NCBI GenBank assembly: GCA_050014195.1
Contig: JBEKDT010000016.1
Span: 32,001-96,000 of the forward strand
DNA from: Desulfomonilia bacterium
GTDB taxonomy: Bacteria > Desulfobacterota > Desulfomonilia > UBA1062
Reading direction: 5' to 3'
DNA: 64,000 bases
A program made the translations under genes and the position numbers. How positions within the stretch are numbered: the stretch's first letter is position 1; every line of letters starts with the position of its first letter. Under the pieces are notes generated by a model that did no database searches, was not told the origin of the DNA, and saw only the letters and a program-made list of their open reading frames with translations. Of the stretch, positions 19,469 through 30,279 are shown in pieces.

Positions 19469-22400
19469 GAATCGGCCCCGCCGGTTTCCTCAAGCATTAC
19501 CGAAGGGTTGTGAGGACCAACAACGCGCCTGCTGAGACGATCGAAGGCCAGGTAGATCACCGGGGTGGTAAAGAGCGTCAGCATCTGGCTGAAGATAAGC
19601 CCTCCCACCATCGTGATACCCAGGGGATGGCGCAGCTCAGAACCGACCCCTGTGCCCAGCATAAGCGGCAAGGCCCCGAGCAGTGCCGACAGGGTGGTCA
19701 TGATAATGGGCCGGAACCTAAGCAGGGCAGCCTGGAATATGGCTTCGCGGGGTGTCTTGCCCTCCTTGCGCTCGGCATCCAGTGCAAAATCGATCATCAT
19801 GATAGCGTTCTTTTTGACAATGCCGATCAAGAGGACGATGCCGATGATGCCGATGATGCCCAGATCCGTGCCGGAAATCATGAGTGCGAGCAGTGCCCCG
19901 ACACCGGCTGAGGGCAGCGTGGAAATGATCGTTATGGGGTGGATGTAACTCTCGTAAAGCACGCCTAATACAATGTATACGGCTACGATGGCGGCGAGAA
20001 TCAGCAGCAGGGTGCTCGAAAGCGAAGACCTGAAAGCCAGCGCAGCACCCTGAAAGCCGGTCTTTACACTGATGGGCATGCCGATTTCCTTCTCGGCCGC
20101 TTCGATTGCCTTGACCGCATCTCCCAGCGAGGCGGTTTCCGCAAGATTGAAAGAGATGGTCGCCGCGGGAAACTGCCCGAGATGGTTGATAACCAGCGGC
20201 GCCGGTTTTTCCAGGATAGTGGCGATGGAACCCAGGGGCACCTGTGTCCCTGTCAATGATGCGATGTAGAGATCGTTAAGCGCCGCCGGCCCCCGCTTAT
20301 ATTCGCTCTGAACCTCAAGCACGACACGGTATTGGTTCGATTGGGTGAAAATCGTGGACACGAGCCGCTGACCGAAGGCGTCGTATAAAATATTATCGAT
20401 GGCTGCGGTCGTGATGCCCATCCGTCCGGCGGCATCATGGTCGATGGCGACGTAGGCCTGCAACCCCTCATCCTGAAGATCACTTGCCACGTCGGTAAGA
20501 TAGGGAGACCGGGTTATCCTCTCGACGAGACGGCCGTTCCACAGGTTCAATTCGTTCGGATCGGCGGTCTCCATGGTAAACTGGTACTGTGTGCGGCTCA
20601 CCCTGTCCTCGATCGTGAGATCCTGCACGGGTTGCATGTAGAGCTCTATGCCTTCAACCTGCATGAGCTTCGGCTGCAGGCGGCGGATGACACCCATCGC
20701 ATCGGCGTCACGTTTGTCCTTGGCCTTGAGATTAATCATTATGCGCCCGCTATTGAGCGTAACATTGGTTCCATCCACGCCGATGAAGGACGATAGACTT
20801 TCCACTGCGGGGTCCTCTAAGATTACCTTGGCCAGGGACTGCTGGCGCTGGGCCATTGCTGAAAACGAGATCGACTGCGGGGCCTCGGATATGCCTTGAA
20901 TCATGCCCGTGTCCTGCACGGGAAAGAAACCCTTGGGGACGATGACATAAAGAAGCACAGTCAAGGCAAGCGTGGCAATGGCCGTCAGTAATATTAACCC
21001 CTGGTGATTGAGAACCCAGGTGAGCATTTTACCATAGCGGGAGATCGTTTTCTCGAAGAACAGGCCGCTGATACGATAAAATCGGCCCTGTTCGGCTTCG
21101 GGGATATGGTGCAGCAGTTTCGCGCACATCATGGGCGTGAGTGTCAGGGAAACAACCGCAGAAATAAGGATGGCAACGGCCAGGGTGATGGCGAATTCGC
21201 GGAACAGCCGGCCCACAACGTCACCCATGAACAAGAGCGGGATCAGCACGGCCACGAGAGAGATGGTAAGCGAGATAATGGTGAAGGCGATCTGCTGCGA
21301 GCCTTTGATCGCCGCTTCAAGGGGGGAGTCGCCCTGCTCGATGTATCTCGATATATTTTCTATGACGACGATGGCGTCATCCACGACGAATCCCGTAGCA
21401 ATGGTAAGCGCCATCAGTGTCAGGTTATTGATGCTGAAACCTGCCAGATACATCACGCCGAAAGTACCGACGAGAGAAAGCGGCACTGCGATGCTTGGTA
21501 TCACGGTGGCCGAGAGGTTGCGCAGAAACAGGAAGATCACCATGATCACGAGCGCCACGGCCAGGAACATTTCGAACTGGACGTCTTTTACGGAAGCCCG
21601 GATGGTGGTGGTGCGGTCGGAGAGCAATTCTACATCCACCGAACTCGGTAAAGACGCCCGCAGTTGCGGCATGATCTTCTTGATACGGTCCACTACTTCG
21701 ATGACGTTTGCGCCGGGTTGACGCTGTATGTTGACGATGACCGCGGGGACATTGTTGCTCCATGCGGCCAGGCGTATATTTTCGGCGTCATCGAGCGTGT
21801 CGGATACGTCGGACAGGTACACCGGCGCTCCATTACGGTAGGCGACAATGAGCCGTTCATAGTCTTTCGCTGCTTTGAGCTGATCGTTGGCATCAATCAT
21901 CGATGCGCGCGCAGGGCCGTCGAAGCTGCCCTTGGCCTGGTTGACATTTGCATTCGTGATGGCGGTGTGCAGGTCTTCGAGGCTCAGATTATAGGCGCCA
22001 AGAGCTTTGGGATTGGCCCGGATGCGGATTGCCGGCCGCTGTCCGCCGCTTATGCTCACCAGGCCGACACCCGGCAATTGCGAGATCTTCTGAGCGAGGC
22101 GCGTATCAACCAGGTCCTGGATTTTCGGCAGCGGCAAAGTTTTGGAGGTGACGGATAAAGTCAGGATCGGTGCGTCGGCGGGATTGACCTTGCTGTAGAT
22201 CGGCGGCATCGGCAGGTCTGTGGGCAGCAGATTACCGGCGGCATTAATGGCGGCCTGCACCTCCTGCTCCGCCACATCAATGGACAGGGACAGACTGAAT
22301 TGCAAGGTGATCACTGATGCCCCGCCCGAGCTTGTGGAGGACATCTGATTCAGCCCCGGCATCTGGCCGAACTGGCGCTCCAGCGGTGCGGTAATGGATG

Positions 22401-22581
22401 AGGTGACCACGTCCGGACTTGCGCCCGGATAAAGCGTGACGACCTGGATCGTCGGGTAGTCCACCTGGGGAAGGGCCGAGATCGACAGCACGTTGTACGC
22501 TATAATGCCCGACAGGAAAATGGCAGTCATGAGTAAGGATGTTGCGACAGGCCGCTCGATGAAAGGACGGGAGGGATTCAT
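19465..22581 (-). CDS. mdtB: RND permease subunit, MdtB/MuxB-like
   Basis: [40 protein letters not shown]. Confidence 0.92.
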   Translation of the reverse strand: MNPSRPFIERPVATSLLMTAIFLSGIIAYNVLSISALPQVDYPTIQVVTLYPGASPDVVTSSITAPLERQFGQMPGLNQMSSTSSGGASVITLQFSLSLSIDVAEQEVQAAINAAGNLLPTDLPMPPIYSKVNPADAPILTLSVTSKTLPLPKIQDLVDTRLAQKISQLPGVGLVSISGGQRPAIRIRANPKALGAYNLSLEDLHTAITNANVNQAKGSFDGPARASMIDANDQLKAAKDYERLIVAYRNGAPVYLSDVSDTLDDAENIRLAAWSNNVPAVIVNIQRQPGANVIEVVDRIKKIMPQLRASLPSSVDVELLSDRTTTIRASVKDVQFEMFLAVALVIMVIFLFLRNLSATVIPSIAVPLSLVGTFGVMYLAGFSINNLTLMALTIATGFVVDDAIVVIENISRYIEQGDSPLEAAIKGSQQIAFTIISLTISLVAVLIPLLFMGDVVGRLFREFAITLAVAILISAVVSLTLTPMMCAKLLHHIPEAEQGRFYRISGLFFEKTISRYGKMLTWVLNHQGLILLTAIATLALTVLLYVIVPKGFFPVQDTGMIQGISEAPQSISFSAMAQRQQSLAKVILEDPAVESLSSFIGVDGTNVTLNSGRIMINLKAKDKRDADAMGVIRRLQPKLMQVEGIELYMQPVQDLTIEDRVSRTQYQFTMETADPNELNLWNGRLVERITRSPYLTDVASDLQDEGLQAYVAIDHDAAGRMGITTAAIDNILYDAFGQRLVSTIFTQSNQYRVVLEVQSEYKRGPAALNDLYIASLTGTQVPLGSIATILEKPAPLVINHLGQFPAATISFNLAETASLGDAVKAIEAAEKEIGMPISVKTGFQGAALAFRSSLSSTLLLILAAIVAVYIVLGVLYESYIHPITIISTLPSAGVGALLALMISGTDLGIIGIIGIVLLIGIVKKNAIMMIDFALDAERKEGKTPREAIFQAALLRFRPIIMTTLSALLGALPLMLGTGVGSELRHPLGITMVGGLIFSQMLTLFTTPVIYLAFDRLSRRVVGPHNPSVMLEETGGADS

Positions 22582-22648
22582 AAGGTTGTCTGTTTCAATA
22601 CGTCAGTGCGGCAATGCCGGCAATGATTGTGTGCACCATAGCTCGGTC

Positions 22649-23926
22649 CTATCCTTTAGCCTTTCCCTTGGGGACACCATTACGGGAATTCTTTTTTCCC
22701 TTTGCAGGAGTGCCTGCGGCCTCGTTCGTGACGATCGCCACCTTAGTGCCTTCGCGAAGTTTGTCCCCTCCAACCACGACAACAAATTCTCCCGGTGCCA
22801 GACCGTTTAAGACGGCGACGCTTTCACCTTCCGTGGGACCAAGCTGCAATTGACGCACATTTATGCTCTTGTCCGGCCTTACGACATAGGCAAAGGTTCC
22901 GATGGAACCGCGCTGAGTGGCCGCTGTGGGCATGACGGTCACACCGGACAGGGTATCAACTTTCATAACGGCATTGACAAATTGGTTGGGAAAAAGCGCA
23001 TTATCCTTGTTTGCGAACGTGGCTTTGAGTTTCACGGTTCCCGTGGTTGTGTCAATCTGGTTGTCGATGGCCAGCAGTGTCCCTTTGGCCAAAAGGGTTT
23101 TACCATCCTGACTGTAAGCGTAGGCAGGCAACACTTCTCCCGTGCGCAGTCGTTTCATGATGGCGGGCAGATTATCCTGCGGCACTGAAAATACAACAGT
23201 GACCGGTTGGAGCTGCGTTATCACCGCCATCCCGTTCACATCGGAGGGTTGAACCATATTCCCCTGGTCCACCAGCCGCAAACCGATACGCCCCGATACC
23301 GGGGCAATAACCCGCGAATAGGTGAGTTGCAGCTTTGCGTTGGCGATCTGCCCCTGGTCTGTCTTTACAGCCCCCTTGTATTGCTGCACGAGCGATTCCT
23401 GGGTGGACACCTGCTGCTCGGGGATGGAATCCTGTTTCAGCAGCAGCTTGTAACGTTCCAGGTCTTTCTCGGCATTCATCAATAGCGATTCATCGCGGGC
23501 AAGCTGCCCTTCGGCTTGCATGAGCTGGACCTCAAAGGGCCTGGGGTCTATCTCGGCCAGCAACATACCCTCCTTAACAACCTGTCCCTCCTCGAAATGC
23601 ACCCGTAAAAGCTGCCCGCTGACCTGGGATCGCACCGTGACTGTGTTCACGGGTATTACGGTGCCGAGGCCTCTCAGATTGATATCCATATCCGCCTTTC
23701 TGGCCGCCACGGCCATCACCGGCAGTGGACGCTGAGCATCATTTAAGGCCTTGGCGCGAGCCACGGCCTGAGTTGCCGCATGCATCAGGAAGAGCTTGTA
23801 AACTACGGCGGCGATACAGACGACGATCACGAGCCAGATCCATCGACTTCGCATCATTTTAGAAAACAGATGCGTTCCTTTCATGCTCGGTTGTTGAGTG
23901 GGCTCATTCTCTTGGGGCGGATTCAT
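22649..23926 (-). CDS. mdtA: RND periplasmic adaptor, MdtA/MuxA-like
   Basis: LGTVIPVNTVTVRSQVSG, APVSGRIGLRLVDQGN, DNQIDTTTGTVKLKA, LFPNQFVN. Confidence 0.92.
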   Translation of the reverse strand: MNPPQENEPTQQPSMKGTHLFSKMMRSRWIWLVIVVCIAAVVYKLFLMHAATQAVARAKALNDAQRPLPVMAVAARKADMDINLRGLGTVIPVNTVTVRSQVSGQLLRVHFEEGQVVKEGMLLAEIDPRPFEVQLMQAEGQLARDESLLMNAEKDLERYKLLLKQDSIPEQQVSTQESLVQQYKGAVKTDQGQIANAKLQLTYSRVIAPVSGRIGLRLVDQGNMVQPSDVNGMAVITQLQPVTVVFSVPQDNLPAIMKRLRTGEVLPAYAYSQDGKTLLAKGTLLAIDNQIDTTTGTVKLKATFANKDNALFPNQFVNAVMKVDTLSGVTVMPTAATQRGSIGTFAYVVRPDKSINVRQLQLGPTEGESVAVLNGLAPGEFVVVVGGDKLREGTKVAIVTNEAAGTPAKGKKNSRNGVPKGKAKG

Positions 23927-24141
23927 TTTACTCCCTCGCTCCAGTAAATTCTTTGGACCACAAATTAATGACTATACTTAATTAATACCACTTTGTTGAG
24001 AAACAATAACATCACGTTTATGTGTTTCCCCTATTGCCTTTTTGTCTCAATACTCCTTGGTCCGGATCATCTTCACCCGCGCCTGATGATGATTGCCAGC
24101 ACAATATCCCAAATATCTTAATACCTCAATGGTCACGCGGG

Positions 24142-24987
24142 TTAAGGTGTTTCAACCCGAGATGCTATGCCTACAAATTCGGTTACCGTGTTATCACCCC
24201 AATTGGCAACCCAAACATTGCCTGAATCGTCTATGGCGATGCCGTATGGTTTGCTGCCTACAGCATAAGTCCCTTTAAGCACGCCCGAAGAACTGAATTC
24301 GGTTACATTGTTATTGGTACTACTGACAACCCACATATTGCCTGAACCATCTATGGCTATGCCTGTTGGACCGGCGCTCACAGTAAAAGTTCCTAAAACT
24401 GCTCCGGCAGAACTGAGCTCGGTTACACTGTCACTGCCCTGACTGGTAACCCATAAATTGCCTGAACCGTCTATGGCTATGCCTGTTGGATTGGTGCTCA
24501 CAGTAAACGTTTCTAAAACTGTGCCGGTAGAACTGAGCTCGGTAACATTGTTGCTGCCCTGATTGGTAACCCAAACATTGCCTGAATCGTCTATGGCTAT
24601 GCCATATGGCTCGCTGCCTACAGGATAAGTATGAGGAGCTTGCGGCGTAGCGATTATCATTGAGCCTCCAGTTTCATATCCCGCGCTATTCACCACCCTT
24701 ACTTCAAAGATGTATGTGGTGCCGTTTGTAAGACCTGTAGCGGTAAAACTTGTATTTGTTGTTGAACCAATCTCTGTGTAAGGTCCTTCAAAAATGGTGG
24801 CTTCATATACATTATAACTTGTTGCGCCGGTTGATGCGGTCCATGAAAGGTTTATTTGGCTGGAAGATGCCGCAGCTGCAGTCAGCCCTGTCGGCGTTGT
24901 GGCAGATTCGGAGCCTTTGCAGCCATTCAGAACCATAGATAAACATACAACAAAGAAGCAGACCAAGACGACCCTGAGCTTTTCTAT
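24142..24987 (-). CDS. lipoprotein with an FN3 domain and four NHL-like repeats
   Basis: Lipobox LNGC; FN3 (PTGLTA..INLSW..YNVY..GLTNGTTY); 4x P.GIAID.SGN.WV. Best RBS (AGAGGA) precedes an ATA codon at 24987. Confidence 0.8.
   Translation of the reverse strand: MEKLRVVLVCFFVVCLSMVLNGCKGSESATTPTGLTAAAASSSQINLSWTASTGATSYNVYEATIFEGPYTEIGSTTNTSFTATGLTNGTTYIFEVRVVNSAGYETGGSMIIATPQAPHTYPVGSEPYGIAIDDSGNVWVTNQGSNNVTELSSTGTVLETFTVSTNPTGIAIDGSGNLWVTSQGSDSVTELSSAGAVLGTFTVSAGPTGIAIDGSGNMWVVSSTNNNVTEFSSSGVLKGTYAVGSKPYGIAIDDSGNVWVANWGDNTVTEFVGIASRVETP
24175..24630. repeat. 120-bp intragenic tandem repeat, 4 units
   Basis: TTGCCTGAA(T/C)C(G/A)TCTATGGC recurs at exact 120-bp spacing (near 24218, 24338, 24458, 24578). 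Confidence 0.9.
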
Positions 24988-25138
24988 AACTTTCCTCTTT
25001 CGTAAATTACTGTAATGAAGTTTCGCACATAATATCAACATAAGTATAATCGAGGTATTCTCAAGGGGATCCATAAGGTAAAAGAATGAATCAAAGTCAG
25101 TATCTGATGGGAACAGCCGATTTGACAACATAGCAAAA

Positions 25139-25333
25139 TTAACCGATCAAGAGGCGGCCCTTTTTGTTGGAATACTTTGAAGTGGCTTCTTTGCGCATCT
25201 CCTGGGCCATATGATCAAAAATCTCTTTGGAGAAATTTATAACGTCTTTATTCGTGAACCCGTTGCGGATGAGTTCGCGGTAAAGGCTCTTGGCTAGTAT
25301 CTTGGTGGCTTTATCCGTATCCATATTCTTCAA
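25139..25333 (-). CDS. small helical hypothetical protein
   Basis: 61-64 aa ORF filling the gap between two co-oriented genes; amphipathic KILAKSLYRELIRNGF. Confidence 0.65.
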   Translation of the reverse strand: MKNMDTDKATKILAKSLYRELIRNGFTNKDVINFSKEIFDHMAQEMRKEATSKYSNKKGRLLIG

Positions 25334-25364
25334 TCTTATGTAGAGATTTTCTTTGCGTTTAAGA

Positions 25365-25988
25365 CTACTGAACGGTCACGATAACCGAGGCTTGCTTTTG
25401 TTCCCCACTTCCGTCGGTCACCGTGAGCGTCACCGTATAAGTGCCGGCAGTGCTGAATATTATTGAGCCGGGATTCTGCGCAGTGCTGTTGGTCGCCCCT
25501 CCGTCAAAGTCCCACAGATAGGTGTATGGGCTTGTCCCATTGAACACCGTACTCTGGAAATTCACCGACTGTCCTGCAGAAATCGTTACATCCCCTGAGG
25601 GTGAGGTTATACTTACTATATATGCCGATGAAGGCTGAACGGTCACGACAACCGAGTCTTGCGCTGTAGCTCCACTGCTGTCAGTCACCGTGAGATTAAC
25701 CGTATATGTCCCGGCAGTGCTGAATGATATCAAGCCGGGATTCTGCACAGGGCTGTCGGTTGCGCCACCTCCGAAGTCCCACTGGTAGGTGTATGGGCTT
25801 GAGCCATTGGATACCGAGCATTCGAAATCCACCGACTGTCCTGCATAAATAGTTGTATCAGCCGAGGGTGAGGTTATATTCACTGTAAGGTTATTCTGCC
25901 CACCTCCAAGGTTGCACCCTGCAATAAGCATTACAGTGGAGAAGATTCCGAATGCCCGTGTGATCATTGACAGTCTTGCTTTATCCAT
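25365..25988 (-). CDS. lipoprotein with two PKD domains
   Basis: Lipobox IAGC; two 89-aa units (267-bp DNA repeat) with YTY.WDF.GG and AGTYTV.LTVTD. Confidence 0.88.
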   Translation of the reverse strand: MDKARLSMITRAFGIFSTVMLIAGCNLGGGQNNLTVNITSPSADTTIYAGQSVDFECSVSNGSSPYTYQWDFGGGATDSPVQNPGLISFSTAGTYTVNLTVTDSSGATAQDSVVVTVQPSSAYIVSITSPSGDVTISAGQSVNFQSTVFNGTSPYTYLWDFDGGATNSTAQNPGSIIFSTAGTYTVTLTVTDGSGEQKQASVIVTVQ

Positions 25989-26142
25989 TGATGATACCCC
26001 TTAGGTACAAAGCAGTTTTCATATCCGATACTATAAGATCATCAATACCGGAAGTAAACCCTGTGTCGATGGAGTATCTCATGGACTTTTTAGCTATAAA
26101 GACCTTATTCATGAACCTATGTTACCGGAAAGAGGTTAACTC

Positions 26143-26664
26143 TTACTGTTCCTTAGGCTCATGACGGAATTCTTTACCCTGGGGCGAATGCCGCTTTCCC
26201 TTCATCTCGTGAAACTTGGCCATAAGACGGTGAAAACGATCCGGGCCGAGAATCCTTCTCATACCAAGCATGTACATGATATGCTCGTTAGAGATCATTA
26301 ACCTGTCCTCTTCGATAACCTTGTTCTGGGCAAGTACGGATGTCTCATCGACGGTATCCTTCTCAATCATATCATGCAGCTTGAAGCGGTCTTTCATGAG
26401 AGAGCTCTTGAGATCGACAAGCTTATCACGGTTCTTTACGAACAGATCATCCAATGACTGCTTCTCTCCGGTAGTGATACCGAGATCCTTGGACAGCGCT
26501 GGAGACTGCCACCACTTGAAATAGTGCATACCCTGGTGCATTCCACAATGCATATCCTTTGCCTGGGCCTGTACTGCTCCAAAGAGAATCAGTCCTGCTG
26601 AACATATCAGCGTCATCATGAACAAAGACATTTTCCTAGAACTCTTTCCCGTTAGCTCTTTCAT
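26143..26664 (-). CDS. periplasmic Spy/CpxP/ZraP-like protein (paralog 2)
   Basis: Signal peptide ending AQA, His/Met-rich DMHCGMHQGMH, WW..P...K.L..T..EKQ.L, MRRILGPDRF. Confidence 0.8.
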   Translation of the reverse strand: MKELTGKSSRKMSLFMMTLICSAGLILFGAVQAQAKDMHCGMHQGMHYFKWWQSPALSKDLGITTGEKQSLDDLFVKNRDKLVDLKSSLMKDRFKLHDMIEKDTVDETSVLAQNKVIEEDRLMISNEHIMYMLGMRRILGPDRFHRLMAKFHEMKGKRHSPQGKEFRHEPKEQ

Positions 26665-26695
26665 AGTGCCTCCTGTGTTTTTCTCTTTAGCCGTT

Positions 26696-26726
26696 TAAGA
26701 CGTATGGGATATCCGAAATGTCTACA
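26696..26726 (-). promoter_or_regulatory. ECF-type promoter, copy A
   Basis: TGTAGAC-atttcggatatcccat-ACGTCTTA, about 30 nt upstream of the Spy-like start. Confidence 0.8.
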
Positions 26727-26747
26727 CAGTGATTCTTATTGTTAAGA

Positions 26748-28181
26748 TCACGGCGCTACTTCCCACCCACCACCCAGGGCCTTGTAAAGGGCGATGAGAT
26801 CGGTGACGATGCTGCGCTCGCTCTGCACCAACGCATCCTGGGAAGAATAGAGCGAACGCTGGGCATTGAGCACGTTGAGAAAATCTGTCATGCCTTCCGT
26901 GTAGAGCTGCAGTGACAGGTCCACGGCCTTTTCATTGGCCGCAACAGCATCGTAAAGCACTTTACGATGTTGCTGCTCCTTGGAATATGCGATGAGCGCA
27001 TTCTCCACATCCTGTAGCGCCCCCAGCACCGTTTCCTGGTACGTGATCAAGGCCTGGTCCCGGAGCGCTTCCTGCACGTGGATGTTCGATACGATGGCGC
27101 CCCCTTCAAAAATGGACCACGTGGCCGCGGGACCGACAAAGAATGAGCGATTGGTTTTTGTCAACCAGGAGCCGAACTGGTTATTCTTCCAGTCCACTTC
27201 TCCGGTAAGTGAAAACGCCGGGAAGAGATCCGCGACGGCAACGCCGATCTGGGCAGTGGCGCTGTGAAGCTGGGCTTCGGCCTCACGAATGTCGGGCCGG
27301 CGGCGGAGCAAATCCGATGGTATACCCGCGGGGATCTGTGCAGGTATACCAGGCAGGTTACCTGTGGGCGAAAGCTTTACCAGCAAATCCGCCGGAGGAC
27401 GGGCCAATAGCACGCTCAATGCGTAGATGGATTGTTGCGCTTCGGTTTCAAAGACCGGGATTTGAGACTCGGTCGTCGCGGCGTTGCTGTCCGCATTTGC
27501 GACATCGAGCCCGCTGTCGAATCCGACTTTGTATAGCTTGCGTGTGATCTCTGCGGTGTGCTGCTGGCTTTTCAGATTATTTTGCGCAACCACGATCTCC
27601 TGTTGGTAACCTCTAAGTTGGACATAATTGAGCGCCACTTCTGCGATGAGGCTTACCTGCACGTCTTGGAGATTTTCAACAGCGGCCTCTATGTTCGCAT
27701 TCGCCGATTCGACCGCTCGGCGCTGGCCGCCGAATATATCGAGTTCCCATACCGCATCCAGTCCGGCCTCATAAAGACCTTGTGAACCGTTCCCCGGCGT
27801 GACACCCGCCGTGTGCTCCCGCTGGTAACTGCCGGATCCTGTGACTGACGGCCACAAACCGCCCGCGGCCACGCCACGCATCGCGCGGGCTTGGCGCAGG
27901 CGCGCTTCAGCGAGCGCGAGATCAAGATTCGCCTTGAGAGCCTCATCGACCAGCGCGCTCAATGTCGGGTCATTGAACTGCCGCCACCACCCCGCGAGGT
28001 CCGCCGGTTGCTCCGTCACGACGGACGGTTGTCCGGTCTTCTCCACACCGACCCACGCACCGGGGAGCGCTGCCGGCTGCGGAGTGCGATAATCCGGTCC
28101 GCTCATGCACCCGCTCAACAGCAACATAACCAAACCAAGTGCCCCAACCGGGACCAAGTGCCATTGTTCCTTCACCTTCAT
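26748..28181 (-). CDS. outer membrane factor lipoprotein (TolC/NodT family)
   Basis: Lipobox LSGC, WWRQFNDPTL, PSDLLRRRPDIREAE, LYKALGGGW. Confidence 0.92.
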   Translation of the reverse strand: MKVKEQWHLVPVGALGLVMLLLSGCMSGPDYRTPQPAALPGAWVGVEKTGQPSVVTEQPADLAGWWRQFNDPTLSALVDEALKANLDLALAEARLRQARAMRGVAAGGLWPSVTGSGSYQREHTAGVTPGNGSQGLYEAGLDAVWELDIFGGQRRAVESANANIEAAVENLQDVQVSLIAEVALNYVQLRGYQQEIVVAQNNLKSQQHTAEITRKLYKVGFDSGLDVANADSNAATTESQIPVFETEAQQSIYALSVLLARPPADLLVKLSPTGNLPGIPAQIPAGIPSDLLRRRPDIREAEAQLHSATAQIGVAVADLFPAFSLTGEVDWKNNQFGSWLTKTNRSFFVGPAATWSIFEGGAIVSNIHVQEALRDQALITYQETVLGALQDVENALIAYSKEQQHRKVLYDAVAANEKAVDLSLQLYTEGMTDFLNVLNAQRSLYSSQDALVQSERSIVTDLIALYKALGGGWEVAP

Positions 28182-28188
28182 CACTACC

Positions 28189-29562
28189 TCATTCATACCT
28201 AAGCGCGTCGATGGGATCGAGCCGCGAGCCCTTCCATGCCGGATAGAAACCGAAAATAACGCCCACACTTGCGGACACGACCACGGCCGCCACGATCGCA
28301 CCCACAGAAGGCGCTGTCGGCCAATGGAGCACCTTAGATACAAGATAGGAAGTGCCACGACCGAGAATGATGCCCATGATGCCGCCGAGCAGACAAAGCA
28401 CGACGGCCTCTATCAAGAATTGCTGCAGGATGTCGTTCGGCTCGGCGCCGACCGCCATGCGAAGGCCGATCTCGTGCGTTCGCTCGGTCACCGAGACGAG
28501 CATGATGTTCATAATGCCAACGCCGCCCACCACGAGCGAGATCATGGCCACGTACAGGAGTAGTCTGGTTATCAGCTCTGTAGTCGAACTCATTGCCTTG
28601 GTAATCTCGGTCATGTCACGAACTCTGAAATCGTCCGGATCAGCCGCGAGGAGGTGGTGACGTTCCCGCAGCACGGCCGTCATTTGCCCGATGGCGGAAG
28701 GAATCGCGTCCGCTCCCTTGGCGGCGGTAAGGATCTGGTCCACGTTGGTAAACCGGATAGGTTGCGGCAGGTCCGCCTGCTCGATGCTCGACGGAACCGG
28801 ATAGCGGCTCGAGGTAATGTTCGGATAGATTTGGCTGAGCGAATTGACTTCCGTGGTGTTCGACGTATTGGTGGCGCTCTGGTTGCCGCTCGAAAGGGAG
28901 GTGGCAACCACGCGGTATTTGATCGTCGTCCAAGGCGCGAGGAGGGTATCGTCCTGGTCCTGGCCCATCAAGTTCGCTCCCTTTTGCCTCAACACGCCGA
29001 TGACCTTGAAGGTGACATTCCGGATGCGGATCTCCTTGCCGACGGGCGATTGTCCGCCGAACAACTCCCTCACGATCGTTTGGCCGACCATACACACTTT
29101 GCTCAAGTTGAGGACGTCATGCTCGGTGAACGCTTCGCCTTGGTCCATACCGGTCCAGTCGCGCACCTTTAAAAACGACGGGGTGGTGCCATAGATGGAC
29201 GTAGGCACCCAGTTGCGGTTGCCGTACACCAGCTGCGCGCGGGCGCGCACGATCGGCGCCACGCTCGCGATAGCGGGACACTCCTTCAGAACCGCATCCG
29301 CGTCCTGCGGCGTCAGCGTCATCATGCTCCCGACGCCCATGTTGATGCCGCCGATATTTTGAGCCCCCGGTATGATCACCAGGGTATTGGCGCCTATACT
29401 CGTCATGGTGCGCTGAATGGCGATGGATGCGCCGTTGCCGATCTCCATCATGGTGATGACTGCGGCAACGCCGATGACAATGCCGAGCGTGGTGAGCAGC
29501 GTGCGCATGATGTTCCGTCGAAGCGCACCTGCAGCCGTCTTCAGGATGCCATACAACCTCAT
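28189..29562 (-). CDS. MacB/FtsX-type ABC permease
   Basis: RTLLTTLGIVIGVAAV, VGGVGIMNIMLVSVTERTHEIGLRMAVGA, LDPIDALRYE. Confidence 0.93.
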   Translation of the reverse strand: MRLYGILKTAAGALRRNIMRTLLTTLGIVIGVAAVITMMEIGNGASIAIQRTMTSIGANTLVIIPGAQNIGGINMGVGSMMTLTPQDADAVLKECPAIASVAPIVRARAQLVYGNRNWVPTSIYGTTPSFLKVRDWTGMDQGEAFTEHDVLNLSKVCMVGQTIVRELFGGQSPVGKEIRIRNVTFKVIGVLRQKGANLMGQDQDDTLLAPWTTIKYRVVATSLSSGNQSATNTSNTTEVNSLSQIYPNITSSRYPVPSSIEQADLPQPIRFTNVDQILTAAKGADAIPSAIGQMTAVLRERHHLLAADPDDFRVRDMTEITKAMSSTTELITRLLLYVAMISLVVGGVGIMNIMLVSVTERTHEIGLRMAVGAEPNDILQQFLIEAVVLCLLGGIMGIILGRGTSYLVSKVLHWPTAPSVGAIVAAVVVSASVGVIFGFYPAWKGSRLDPIDALRYE

Positions 29563-30251
29563 GGGGCATCTCCTGAGTGTTCTACGAGGCCGTCCTTGAT
29601 GCGAATGATCCGTCCGGCGTATTGCGCCACGCCGGGATCATGGGTGACGAGGATGATAGTGATGCCATCGTCCCTGTTGAGCTGCTGGAACATCCGGAGT
29701 AATTCCTCGCTCGTGTGCGAGTCGAGGTTGCCGGTCGGCTCGTCCGCGAGGAGTATCTCGGGCTGGTTGATCAGCGCCCTGGCGATTGCTACGCGCTGCT
29801 GTTCCCCTCCAGAGAGTTGGGACGGCTGGTGATCGCTCCGGTCTGCCAGGCCGACCTTGCGGAGCAGTTCCACGGCGCGCTCTTTCTTTTGGTGCTCGCT
29901 CAGGTTCTCCCTCGAATACGTGAGCGGCATCAGGACGTTCTCCAATGCACTGGTGCGCGGCAGCAGGTTGAAGTTTTGGAAAACAAAACCGATTATCCGA
30001 TTTCGCAGCCGGGCCTGTTCCCTGTGGGTGAGGCCGGAAATCTCCCGGCCGTCCAGTAAGTAATCTCCTGAAGTCGGGTGATCGAGGCACCCGAGGATGT
30101 GCATCAGCGTACTCTTTCCGGAGCCGCTGGCGCCCATTAAGGCCGCGAGTTCGCCGCGGCTGATGCCAAGCGACACGCCCTTGAGCACCGGTAGGTCGAC
30201 CTCGCCGAGATGGTAGGTCTTGCGAATATCGTGCAGTTCGATTAGGTCCAT
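29559..30251 (-). CDS. MacB/LolD-type ABC ATPase
   Basis: GASGSGKST, LSGGEQQRVAIARAL, LADEPTGNLD, VTHD. Confidence 0.94.
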   Translation of the reverse strand: MDLIELHDIRKTYHLGEVDLPVLKGVSLGISRGELAALMGASGSGKSTLMHILGCLDHPTSGDYLLDGREISGLTHREQARLRNRIIGFVFQNFNLLPRTSALENVLMPLTYSRENLSEHQKKERAVELLRKVGLADRSDHQPSQLSGGEQQRVAIARALINQPEILLADEPTGNLDSHTSEELLRMFQQLNRDDGITIILVTHDPGVAQYAGRIIRIKDGLVEHSGDAP

Positions 30252-30279
30252 GACTTTCGCCGCTCCCTTACCGGCTTGT

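Noticed and set aside
24175-25880. Non-coding repeat array or diversity-generating retroelement
   Set aside because: The repeats are in-frame NHL and PKD domain duplications, differences are not adenine-specific, and there is no reverse transcriptase.
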